Below, one piece after another: positions 36,872 through 48,549 of a stretch of DNA of 64,000 nucleotides. The position numbers were made by a program, and so were the translations under genes. The notes under the pieces are model-generated. The model saw nothing but the letters and a program-made list of their open reading frames with translations, had not been told where the DNA came from and did no database searches. This DNA is from Psammoneis japonica. Its lineage: Eukaryota. The stretch lies in the NCBI GenBank assembly GCA_008632985.1, contig QPGO01000060.1, positions 62,001 through 126,000 on the forward strand, in the 5' to 3' direction. Each line of letters begins with the position of its first letter. Position 1 is the stretch's first letter.

Positions 36872-39800
36872 TTAGGCAGAAATGTGGGGGTGGAAGTGAA
36901 AGCCTTGCAACACCTTGCCAAGCTTAGTCACATCCTCATCTTCACCGTTGCCATCCCTCTAGCAGAGTAAACAACATGCAAATGTTAGAAGATTTCGCAA
37001 TGCCAAAACTGCAAGAGTCACAATGGCAGCACATCGGAGAGACTCACTGGATCTTTTCGCGAATATTGGAAAAAGGTGTCGTCTTGTTTTCCGGCTCGAG
37101 GATCGTCGCTGATCTCTGTTGCTTTGAGACGTTCAAGTGATTCCGACCCCATTCCATCACCACGCATGTCTGCAAGAATGAACGACACAAGGGACAGCTG
37201 TGTGTGAGGCAAGCCATCTCCAAACCATTTCAATTGCAAATTCTGAAATGGTGTGGCACTCACATTTAACGTAGGTTGAAGCACCAGTGGCAAGCCTTCT
37301 ACTGTAGTTAACCACAGGGACACTTCGCACGGCCTTTGTTGCGGTGCCATACTGAAAACTCATTTCGTAGATACACTGTTGAAGCTTTTCTTTTGTCAAC
37401 TCGGTTGTAGAGCTTCTGGGCTTCCAAAATCCATTCTCGTTGACTACTGTGCGATAAAGCACAGGTCTAGAAGTGCCTTTCAAACCTCCTTGAGCGGTCA
37501 ACAAGAAGTCGTATCCCCCGCAACCTGCATCCTCGAAAACCATGATTGATCCCTCTGGCTTCTCTTTCACTGTTGGAATGTGCCAAGTCACAGAGCCACA
37601 ATCAATGGCCATGATCCTTTCATCGTCTACGCAAGTTCCGCTTGGAACATTCTTGTCCCTGCCGGGCGGATCATGCAGCGGTGTCACTCTGATGCCGTGA
37701 TCATTCTGAGAGACCACCAATGTGATAGGTGGGGTGCAAAAGAGACACCCGCCGCTACAGTTGGCGGCATTCGGGCAAGAGAAATCAGTGCGTGTCCCTT
37801 GCAACTCATGAAAAGCCGGCCGAATGCTTTGAAGCTCGATTCTGACCAAGCGATCAAAATCTCCATCAGGAACGCCATCACGAATCACCAACACCCGTTC
37901 AGGAGGCATCCGATTGACCTTGGCAAACCTGAAAGCAACATTCTGATGGGTTGGACATCCACGAGGGTGAGCCTGAAGACAAGATGCAAAAATCATCAAA
38001 AGGGGAATTGGCTTCACACACACCTGCATCATCTGTTTGAGGATGGAACCGGCCACGATCGTGCATTTCGTCTGGATGCGAACCTACGTTTTATTTTGGT
38101 TTTAAAACACATTTGAATTTGATGAGGCACACAGCAGACACGAGAATAATTCAGCAGTTCCCACGCACCTCTTGAGTCATTTCCATGCAACCCTCGGCAA
38201 GACAAGCAGACAGGGCTACAACAGTTACAGGATTTCGCCCTTTTCCCGATTCTAGAGTTCAGAGAGACAGACCCATTGATTCGTTTGTTTGTTCGAGAGA
38301 GAGAAGTGTGTCAATCACAATGTGGTAAAGAGCGCGCGATGCAGAAACAATGTCGAAGGCCCTCGCGACTTACCATGAGACAGAGCAATGCCAACAACAA
38401 GGGTGGGAGCCTCTTTCACCCACGTCACGCCGTCTACCACACTTGCATCACAAAACGAAGTCCATGCTCGTGCTTTGTTTGAAGAGTTGTAAAGCTTCGT
38501 ATTGATTTTTAGAGCCACATTTGCGAGACTACGGTAGCAGCACAAAAATGAGAGAAACAATGAGATAGGAAAACGGAAAAAGGAACAAAGAACACCTGTG
38601 CCGGGACCGCTCACTCACTATTGTGCTGGATTCCTGTTGGACTTGAACTTCTCCTTGATGATGCATTGGGTCTGAACTCCACACTCATACTGAGCCATGT
38701 ACTTCACAACATCGTACCAGTCACGGGATCCTTCACTTAAGTAAACGTAGACCATCGCCGGGCATTCTAGCTTGGACACGCAAAACTCATGATACGGATG
38801 CACATTCTCGCAATTGTTCAACTCCACCATTTCCCCATTTTCTAGCAACATGACCAAACGATAGCTAGGATCAGAACAACGGGTCCAAACCCCATTGGCC
38901 ATCTTCTCAAGGTGTCTACCGCCATGAGCTAAGATCGTGTCAAAGCGAACAACACTGTTAGAATTCGCCGCAAACAGAAGAGCCATCACATTGGCAATCC
39001 CTACCTGTGGACCAGCGGAGATCGAACAAATCCACATATCGATTGCCAACAACAGCCATGATTCGGGCCTTCAATTCTTGTCCGGTAGAAAGCATCGCAT
39101 GGTGCGAAAACCTGGCCACGTCCTCTTTGAACACCAGATTAGGCTGAAGTGTTTTGTCTTTACCATTTTGCAAATAGATGACAAGACAATCATGAGTTGA
39201 GTCGTCGTTTTCGTCCACGCAGTGAGTTCGAAACCAACTTCCGGATTGACCAAAGATGCCTTCTCCATCATAAATAAAGACACGCTTTGCTTCTTCAACT
39301 GCATCATGAAAACCTCTCGCCACCTGCAACCACAAGGTGGCATTGATTAAGATGCAATTGGTGTGGCAGTAAAACAACGAGGGTGTCTAAGACAAAAGGC
39401 CTCTTACCATGTCAAAGTTTAAACTGCCACCATCCAGAGTTTGAGTTAACCTTTCGACAAGCAATGCGGAGTTCACGTTGTACGGGAGAGTGACCCCGTG
39501 ACTCTCGAGTGCTCCAAGCATCTGATGCATGAATTCACTGCTTCCTCCAGCTAGATCTAAAACGGCAAATGAAGTCATATCTGCAGGTCTGTAGGTGACA
39601 AATAAAAAGTCGTTCGCAAAGGATGAGAGCAGCGGCAGGACGATGCAACAACTGGGTTGAGAGTTGGACGTACCTGGCAAACTTATCAAGAAGACGAAAT
39701 GAGCCATTCTTAATCTGGGCCTTTTCTCTATTTCCAAACTCAATTCTTGGCTCCTTGAGAAGGGAGGCTTGAAGTCTCATGGGTTCAGGTTCAACGACAA

Positions 39801-41749
39801 CACCAAACTGATTTAAAATGTCACCAGCTCTAACTCCGTAGGTGGTTTGCAACCCTTCAACGAATTGTTTGAATTGTTTGATGTGCTCGATTCGTTGACA
39901 GGCATTTTTTTCATCATTGAACCCAAGAACTTGCTTTGTATGGAAAGGAGAGTTCGCTTCCTTCGTCTTGTGAAACGATTGGTAAATGAATTCAAGAGGG
40001 AAAACACCCTGGGATGTGTTGACTAAAGGCATGTTTGGGTATTTCAACTTAATGCCATATTGCACCTGGTAGTGCTCCGCGACGGTCCTGACGACAGTCT
40101 TGACATCGACATCATCAGCCGTAGGGCGGGACTTGACTTCAAATGTGTATTCTTCTGGATTAAAATATATCCCTGTGCCATCCTGGGACATCTTGAGCTT
40201 CATGTTCTTAACCACCCTCCTGTTGTTGCGTCGAGCTTTTATAACAACTTCTTGACGTGTGTGGCCTTTTGCAAGTTGTTCTACAATTGAATTTGAATGA
40301 AAGTGTGAGTGTACAAAAAAAAAACGCTCGTTCAACTTCATGTGCAGTGCAATCGAAGCCACGCTTACTTTGGATGTACTCTTCTGAACTTTTCTGTCGC
40401 TCGTACATGATGTCGAATTTCAACTTGGAGAGGTTCTTCCAGATTTCGTCCTGGATTCTTTTGTCTGTTATTTTGCTGTGGAAATCTCGAACTCGAACGC
40501 CGGCAACAGTGAATTTCCCATCATCCAAAATGGGAACCTTGGCTCTATTGAAGAAGTTCACCGTGGTGTCGTAGATCATATACCGCTTTTGTTGGAGACA
40601 AAAGCGCGCGACTTGCATCATTCCCCCCAAAGGAAATTCGGTCTAAACGGGACAAAATGCAACAAAATGAAAAGAGATAAGGAAACATCCCCATCTGGAC
40701 CAAAACATAGAGAAGCTGGCGAACGGTAAGCTCACATTGCGACTTCCGAACAGTCTTGACAGACCGTTGCCGAGGAGGTGAGTGTTGTGGGACTGGTCTT
40801 CGGGTTTCAAATAAAAGAAACGAGGCGATCTTCCTTCCGAATGCAGAGTCCCCATGATTGAACTCTTGGCGATTGTTTCTACGGCCTGTCGCGCACGCAT
40901 TTCGTCCTTTTCAAAGTTCACCGGTCCAGCTTCGGTGAGAAACACCGCAAACCACAGATTCTTTGTCTCGCAATAACGTGGTATGTTCACGTAGTAGCAC
41001 TTCTGGTTAATTTGCTTTTGCTGCGGCGGATGAGGTGCACTCACATCCGCGCCTCCGTAAATTCCAGGTGATGGCTGGCCGGTGCTGGTCTCCGGAAGTG
41101 GTTCGGCGGCTTCTGCGTCTTGCACCGTAGGTTCAAAAAGCCGCCCATGACAATACGCACTCTGGCTTCCGTCAGTCTGAAATGAAATAAAAAAGAAAGA
41201 ATTAAAAATGATCGGCAAAAAAGACACATCTTGAGCTTGATGCAGCACCCTTACCGCAAGCATTTTTCCCTCTTTCTGGTAAATCGTGGTGGAGAGTCGC
41301 TCAAGAATTCGGCGTGACAATTCGCTGTCGCCCAGGTTCAAATCAACTGTGCGATCCTCTCCGTCTCTGCGAGACTTGGGGACAAACTGCAGAACAGGCT
41401 TTCCTTGTTCATCCAACATCACGTTATCGTTCTCATCTCTCGTTTTTCTCCTACGTAGTGAATCATAAAGAACATGAGAATTACATCACGCAAAATGTTT
41501 CCGAGACACCATCATCTCGACTCACCTCTCAACTTGCAGGATTGACACATGATATTGCGTAACCCATGGCTCATCTGGATCAACATTTTTAAGCTTTGAT
41601 GGTTCAAACCTCAGCTGAAACAGGTTTGTAATGACATTGTATGTCTCCGGCCGCGAAGAACCGCCGCCGCGATGCACCATTTGACGCTTGCTCCCGCGAT
41701 TGTTCCAATCAGGCGGGCCGTGCCTCATGCCGCTTTGACGGTATGACAT
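36872..41749 (-). CDS. AGO: Argonaute (N, PAZ, MID, PIWI); multi-exon; predicted non-slicing; apparent frameshift near 39015
   Basis: ATG at 41749 then VITNLFQL. PAZ: TVAEHYQVQYGIKLKYPNMPLV...FPLEF. MID: VKYMAQYECGVQTQCI. PIWI: NVALKINTKL, IRDGV, VPSGTCVD, GLKGTSRPVLY. More than ten GT-AG introns traced by eye. C-terminus FHPHISA* with stop at 36872-36874. Confidence 0.95.
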
Positions 41750-42091
41750 GGTTGACGGACCCTGAATGACAGCAGTTGCTTGGTACCTTGAAACTGTTGC
41801 TCTATGCAGCAACGAGGGCTACCGGTACGAGTGTAGAAAGTGTCACGTCGCTGATTTTCGCTCTGCTTTTTTGGAGTGTTTGCTGTGCGATTTGCACGTA
41901 CCGGTAGGCCATTGCATGTACTACATACGAAGTACAGTACATCCACGCACAGCCCTGCCGCTACGTACGTACTCCGAGTAGGACCCTAGCTACTTTACCG
42001 GTAGCTACTAGAGGTACAGTGCTCGTCGTATGGTGCTGCACATCGTGGAGAGTTTGGATCTTTGGTCTCTGGTCATCTGTCTTGAACAGAT

Positions 42092-42276
42092 GTGAATGAG
42101 ATAGGCACATGTACTTTATGACCAAGTGTGCCCTCTCTGACACATGTATGCTAACTAACGTATTAGACATTCAGGAAGCCGTTAGAAGTGTGTTCTCCGA
42201 TCAGCGATTGAGCTGATCGGGTCCCTTCTCGGTTCTCCCACAACTTTTATCAAGTCATCTCAAGCTAGATCTTGCA
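42092..42276 (+). repeat. Gypsy 5' LTR
   Basis: Gap-free alignment to 47552-47736 with 18 mismatches by my count. Confidence 0.95.
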
Positions 42277-42652
42277 CTGTAATTGCAGTGCGTTGTTGCA
42301 GCTTGTTCATTTTATTGTCAACTTTATGACAATGCGAAGAGTGTTGTCGAGAAGAGAGAAAATTTATTTGGCTCGTGCAGAAAATTTCATTCGAAGTCGA
42401 TCAGAAATGCAGCGCAATTACACTCATGAAATTGGCGATTCGGAGCAGCATTTGTTTGAACTCGAATCTCGCACCACTGCTCTTGAATTCGTTGTTGTTT
42501 GGTCATTGATTGTTCTCGTTGTGTGGATCAATTGGGAACGTTTTATTTCGTTCATCTTGTGGATTGTTGATTGTTTGATCGCTGAAGTTGTTCATCGCCA
42601 TGTGTCAAGAAGCCTTGGAGAAAGCGTGCATTGAATGTAAAACCAAAAATTC

Positions 42653-43873
42653 GTGGATTCTGAGCTGCAGGAAGTGAAGCTCACTCAAACCTTCGATGAT
42701 GGCACTGAACTTTCAAAAATGTGTCCCATTTTCACAGGAGAGCATGGAATTGAATCATCACTGCATGTGGAGGACAGGTTCCGGAAGGTGGCAAGACAGC
42801 TAGATTGTGACACCGGAATGGAGTCATTTGATGCTTTCAAGGATTGTCTCCAAGGAACTGCGGAGGCAAAATGGCAGAATGTTGCCACGGGTGTCCCACA
42901 GAATCAACGGACGGCAGCTCGATTTGATCAGGCCATCTCAGCCTGTTGTCTGCGCCATGTGAAACCAACAGCTCGCGACACGATGAAGATGCATTTGCCT
43001 GCTTGCAAAAAGCCTTACTCAGCGGAATCTGAAACTCACATTGATCGCATGGAGACGTTGTTTCATCATGCCAACCATTTGCCTGGTGCCGTTCCTGCAC
43101 TTACAGAGCAGGAGCAGAAGAACATCATCTTTTACACCTTCCCTTTGACCTGGCAGCAGTCCCACATTCGTGCGGGCAAGAACCTTGTTGCGGATTCTAT
43201 GGTGGATGTCCAAGCCTGCATGAGCAACGAGAAAGTGTTTGCCGACGGTCAAGACAACAAGAAGCTCAAGTCCAGCAATGGCAACGGAGGGAACTCCAGC
43301 AACAAAAAGGGAAACCGTGACAAGAAGGACAGTGAGGGCCAACCGAAGGCAGGTGATCCGTGTCCGGTCCTGTGGCACCATGGAAGGCACATGTGGGGCC
43401 AATGTTGTGACAATCCAAACAACCCTAACTTTCGTGGGCCTCAGAACCGTGGCGGTCAAGGAGGAGGCCATGGCGGTGGAGGTCGAGGCAGAGGTCGTTT
43501 CCAAGGAGGCCGTGGTCAAGGCCGTGGAGGCGGTGGACGCTTTGGTGGTCATGGCAACCAGAACCAAGGAGGTCGTGGCACCTGTCACAACAACAACAAC
43601 AACGGAAATCAAAATGACAATGGCAACCAAGGTGGTGGTCAACATCACCACAATGAAAACAACAACCGTGGAGGCCAAGGACAGGCCGACGGATGTGCTG
43701 CTCAAGCAGACAATGTGAACAATGACAACCAGGCTCGAGAAGCTCCTCGTGGTGATGTGCACCATTTCGATGTGATCGGACGAGGCCCTCCACGATGCGG
43801 AGGTGTGGTGAGGTTTCAGCCGGACGGGCAGTTTCCTGGCAGTTCTGAGAAGAAGGAGCTGAATGCTCCGTAG
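42653..43873 (+). pseudogene. gag: Gypsy gag (true start slightly uncertain)
   Basis: Long ORF with CPIFTG, a Cys/His knuckle (CPVLWHHGRHMWGQC) and a Gly/Arg/Asn-rich tail. Confidence 0.85.
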
Positions 43874-44099
43874 CTGAATGCTCCCAATTGCCTGTGAGAG
43901 AAGCATTTGTTGAAGAAAATGATTGTGTTTTGCCTGAATGAAATGATGAATGTTTTGCTTTTGATTGTTTTGAAAATCCTGACGAATTGTCACCTGTTGA
44001 ATTTGAAAATGCCACAGAAAATTGCATGAATGAAGAGGGGGATGTGTTTGATCAAGATGCATTTGAACACAACACTCCTCTCCCCAAAATGAGTTCGCA

Positions 44100-47000
44100 A
44101 GTCTCGCGCACCGCATTGGTTCCATCTACACTGCTTGTTGCAAAATCAATTCAACGGCATGAGTCAAATCGTGTGATGCATGCATTTGTTTGATTCGGGT
44201 GGTTCTCACACTGTGATTTTGTCCCAAGTTTTACCTCGAGGAGCCACACCATCTGTTGACGAACATGGAGTCCGAGCGTTTCAAACCGTGGCAGGTCCTT
44301 TCCAATCGGGTCATTGGGCAGCCTTGAGCGATGTCGTGTTGCCGGAATTCAACAAAACTGGGAGGATTGACGGCTGTGTGGCTCACGCGTTCGATGCTCC
44401 GTGTGCGTGTGACATCATTTTGGGTGAGATTTCTTGGACAAGATTGGTCTCAACCTGAACTACGACATGAGGACACTGCGATGGCTGGACCGTGTGATCC
44501 CAATGAAGGAGCCTCGTCATTGGTCCAAATCTCACAACTGGCATGTGGCTTTAGATCGAATGGATGAATTTGATGAAGAGTGTGAAGACGAGTCAGACTG
44601 TGGATGCGATGATGGATGTGACAACTGTGTGCTCAACGCCAAGCATGAAGCAACGGATCCAGCGGAAGTGGTTCGGAACTTAGATCATCTCACGGAGGAG
44701 CAAAAGAAGAAGCCATTGGCGGTGTTAGAAAAATGTTCAACCTTGTTTGACGGAACTTTGGGGCACTGTCCTCATGAAAAGGCACACCTCGAAGTGGATG
44801 AAAATGCTGTTCCACATCACTCAAAACCGTTTCCTGTTGCTCGAGTCAATGAAGAGGCGTTCAAAAAGGAATTGAAGCATTTGGTGAATCTTGGCGCACT
44901 TCGACCATGTGGACCTACGGAATGGGCAGCCGGTGCCTTTGTTGCTCCAAAAAAGGACGGCCGAGTACGATGGGCATCCGATTTTTGGGAGCTCAACAAG
45001 GTCCTCAAACGAAAAGCATGTCCTCTGCCAGTTGTTCAAGATGTGTTGCAGCGGAGAGCGGGCTACAAGTTCTTCACGAAATTAGATCTCATGATGTTCT
45101 ACTACAATTTGGAGTTGGACAATGAAAGCAAGGAGCTCGCTACGATTGCAACCCCGCACGGGAAGTTCCAGTGTTGTCGTGTGGCTGTGGGATTGAAGCC
45201 AGCTCCAGACATTGCTCAGTCCATCATTAAAAAGATCCCACATGGTTTGGATGTGGAAACTCACATTGATGACATTGGCGCATTTGACACTGACTTTGAT
45301 TGCCATCTCTCTTGTCTTGACAAGGTGCTGCATCGTCTCAAGGAGAATGGTTTGAAAGTTAATCCGTTGAAGTGCGAGTGGTGTGTCCAAGAAACTGATT
45401 TCCCAGGGCATTGGCTCACTCCAACTGGCATCAAACCGTGGAAAAAGAAGGTCGAGGTGATCCTGCGAATGCAACCTCCACGGGATGCCACTCAGCTCCG
45501 GTCGTTTCTCAGTGCAGCAACTTGTTGTCGTAACATGTGGCCTTGCCGTTCTCACCTGCTTGCACCTCTGACTGAATTGACAGGCAAGAGTCAGTTCCAA
45601 TGGACAGAGTCATGTCAGAAAGCGTTCAAGGAGATGAAGGCAGCAATCGCGGCGGAAGCGTTGATGGCCTGCCCTGACCACAACCTGCCATTCCATGTCT
45701 GCACCGATGCATCAGACCACCAGATGGGTGCCGCTGTCATTCAAGATGGTAAACCTGTGGCGCATTGGTCTAAGAAGCTCTCGGCGGCTCAACGAAATTG
45801 CTCAACAATGAAAAAAGAACTCCTGGCCGTCGTCATGTGCTTCAAGGAATTCCGCTCAATGTTGCTCGGTGCTGACATTGCTGTTCATGCTGATCACAAA
45901 AATCTCACCTTTCGCAATTTGAACACGCAGCGCGTCCTTTGTTGGCGACCATTCCTCGAAGATTTCGCACCCACCTTCAAGTGCTCGCCGATTGTTTTTC
46001 TCGACTCCCACGCATGGATCCGCCTTCGGAGGGGAAGAGCCTTGGGCCAAGTGGCAAACGCAAAGGAAAAATTGTTCATTTTGAAAAGTTGGATTCCAAG
46101 GAACTGAGCAAAGCCGAGGAAGAGGAAGATTTGGAGTTGGGTGCTTGTAGGTTCAAGTGTTGCCGTGCTCCAGTTGATCCTTCTGATGAGTCTCACGCTG
46201 CCTTTTCCTCTCTGCTTGATGAGCCTGAATTGTTTGAATGCTTTTTGAATTGCCCGACGCTGGACGAAATGCCAAATCCCACTGAGACACTGAGGATGCA
46301 ACAGCTCCAGTTCGAAGACCTCCAACTGAACCAGCAAAGACAACAAAATCCGCAGCAGTTCGTGGTCAAGATTGTGAATCATCGCCCCCTGATTTGTTGT
46401 TGTTTGCATCTGAATGATCCGCCTGGAGCCTGGAAAATTTGCATTCCTGCTGCGTTGTTGCCGGATGCCATTGCATGGTGCCATCGCGTGTTGGGCCATT
46501 GTGGAGTCGTGCGATTGCATGAAAGCATTCGGACTCATGTGTGTCATCCTGCATTGCGTCGACGTTGTAACAAATTTGTTTGCGATGCGTGTCAACGATT
46601 TAAACAACTGGGTCCTGGACATGGAGAATTGCCTCAACGTCAAGCACCTTTGGCTCTGTGGACGGAAGCAGCGGTTGATCTCATTGGACCGTGGAAAATG
46701 CCAATTCAAGACCAAGAGATTGAATGCAGCGCTCTCACTTGTGTTGACACTGTCACTGGATTGACTGAACTCGTGCGCATTGACAACAAAACTTCTCAGC
46801 ATGTGACCAACAAGTTTCGCAACCTTTGGTTGGCTCGTTGTCCCAGACTGAATCAATGCATCCATGACAATGGTGGAGAGTTCATTGGTTGGGAGTTTCA
46901 AATGCTGCTAAATCAAGCGGGTGTTGCTGATGTGCCGACGACGTCTCGAAATCCCACAGCCAACTCCATTTGTGAACGAATGCACCAGACGGCAGCTGAC

Positions 47001-47444
47001 ATCACACGCACTGTGGTTGTCGCTGACCCACCTTTAAATGTTCAACAGGCTGAGCAGATTGTGGACGATGCCCTTGCTGCAGCCTCTTGTGCTTTGCGAT
47101 GCTCCCACTCAAGGTCTGTGGGTGTTTCAAGTGGAGCTCTGGTGTTTCAACGTGATGTGATTTTGGACTCACCTGTTGTCTCCAACCTTGCTGCGATGCA
47201 TGCCAACTGACAAGTGTTGATTGATGAGAATCTACGATGACAGAATGCGAAGCGCCATTCCTGCGATTGTCCAGTTGGTCAAGATGCATTGATCAAGTCG
47301 GTGGATCCTTCAAAGTTGGAAGAACGAGCCTGTGGTCCATTTCGAATTGTGCAAGTCCATGCCAACGGGACTGTTTTGGCACTGCAAGCACCGCACGTCA
47401 TTGAGCGAATTAACATTCGCCGCGTGGTGCTGCATCGGAGTTGA
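44100..47444 (+). pseudogene. pol: Gypsy pol (PR, RT, RNase H, IN) with frameshifts and TGA stops
   Basis: DSG; PKKDGRVR; FFTKLDL; HIDD in place of YIDD; TDASD; DHKNL; VDLIGPW; HDNGGEF; NSICERMH; GPF near the C-terminus. Confidence 0.93.
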
Positions 47445-47551
47445 GGGTTTCTTCCCAACGTCTGGGTTCCCTTCTCCGTGCGCATTGGGTTTTGAATTTT
47501 AGTCAAGTGGTTCCAATGGTGCGCGTGTTCCTTGCACCATGGAGGGGAAGA

Positions 47552-47736
47552 GTGAATGAGACAGGCACATGTGCTTTATGACCAAGTGTGCCCTCTCTGA
47601 CATGTGCACATTAACTGACGCATTAGATGTTCAGGAAGCCGACAGAAGTGTGTTCTCCGATCAGCGATTGAGCTGATTGGGTCCCTTCTTGGTTCTCCCA
47701 CAACTTTTGTCAAGTCATCTCAAGCTGGATCTTGCA
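47552..47736 (+). repeat. Gypsy 3' LTR
   Basis: Follows the PPT and matches the 5' LTR. Confidence 0.95.
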
Positions 47737-48549
47737 AGATGCATGTGCAGTGACTTTGCGATCACAGCATGGTGAATTCCGGATTCCTTTCAATCTTCTT
47801 GTAGATCAAGTTGCGCGCAGACTTGGGTGGCCGCAGAGGGCATGGCACGGCAGGAATGCGCATGCGGGAGGAGGAGAAGAGGTGGGGGCAAGACGGGGTG
47901 GGCAGATTGACGGGCGAGATGGGGTGGACGGATTGACGGGCGGGTGCATGATGGGTGAGCAGCAGGGAGAAAGAATGTCCGGAATCACAGGCGATGATTT
48001 TTGATTGGTGGTGGTGCAGGAAACAGTTGCAAGGTGATGGCGATGTGTCAGTTAAAGTGATGAAAGGGGGAAAAAAAGGAAATGTTTTGCACGCAAAGCG
48101 GTGCAGTTGGCCAAAAAAAAAATTTAACAAGGGGAGAAAAATGTTGGGAAAGGGGATTTTCAAACAGGAGCCATGTGGAAAAGACATTGAGAACATTGCA
48201 TGTGTGTTGTTTTTCATGGTGGTGGAGCATCATTGCAAAAGCACTTGAGTGTGGGGTGTCACAATGAAAAATGTGCACGCGCAAGCAATCGTGAAAATGA
48301 TGGAGGGAAGTTTTGGTGTGTTTCGAAAAGCAAAGCACTGGAGTGTTTCTCAAAACAAACTTGCAGCAGTGTTTCTGATGATGACATGATGGAGAACAAC
48401 AGGGATGGACGAAACAAGGGAGAGAAGGATGAGAAGAGAGGAAGGGAGAGAAGGAAAAATGACGAAGAGATTGGGAGAACAAAAAAGGAGCAAAAGAGAG
48501 AGAGAGTGAGCGGGAAGAAAGGAAGGCACTGCCACTGGCTCTGATTCCG

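Larger units (their letters stand above)
42092..47736 (+). mobile_element. Full-length Ty3/Gypsy LTR retrotransposon, hypermutated
   Basis: 185-bp LTRs at both ends, AGAT direct repeat flanking (42088-91, 47737-40) and PPT GGAGGGGAAGA at 47541-51. Domain order gag-protease (FDSGGSHT)-RT-RNase H-integrase. Confidence 0.97.

Noticed and set aside
557..41749. NYN gene and Argonaute as a functional defence cluster
   Set aside because: They are ~35 kb apart with unrelated genes between, so proximity alone is not evidence.
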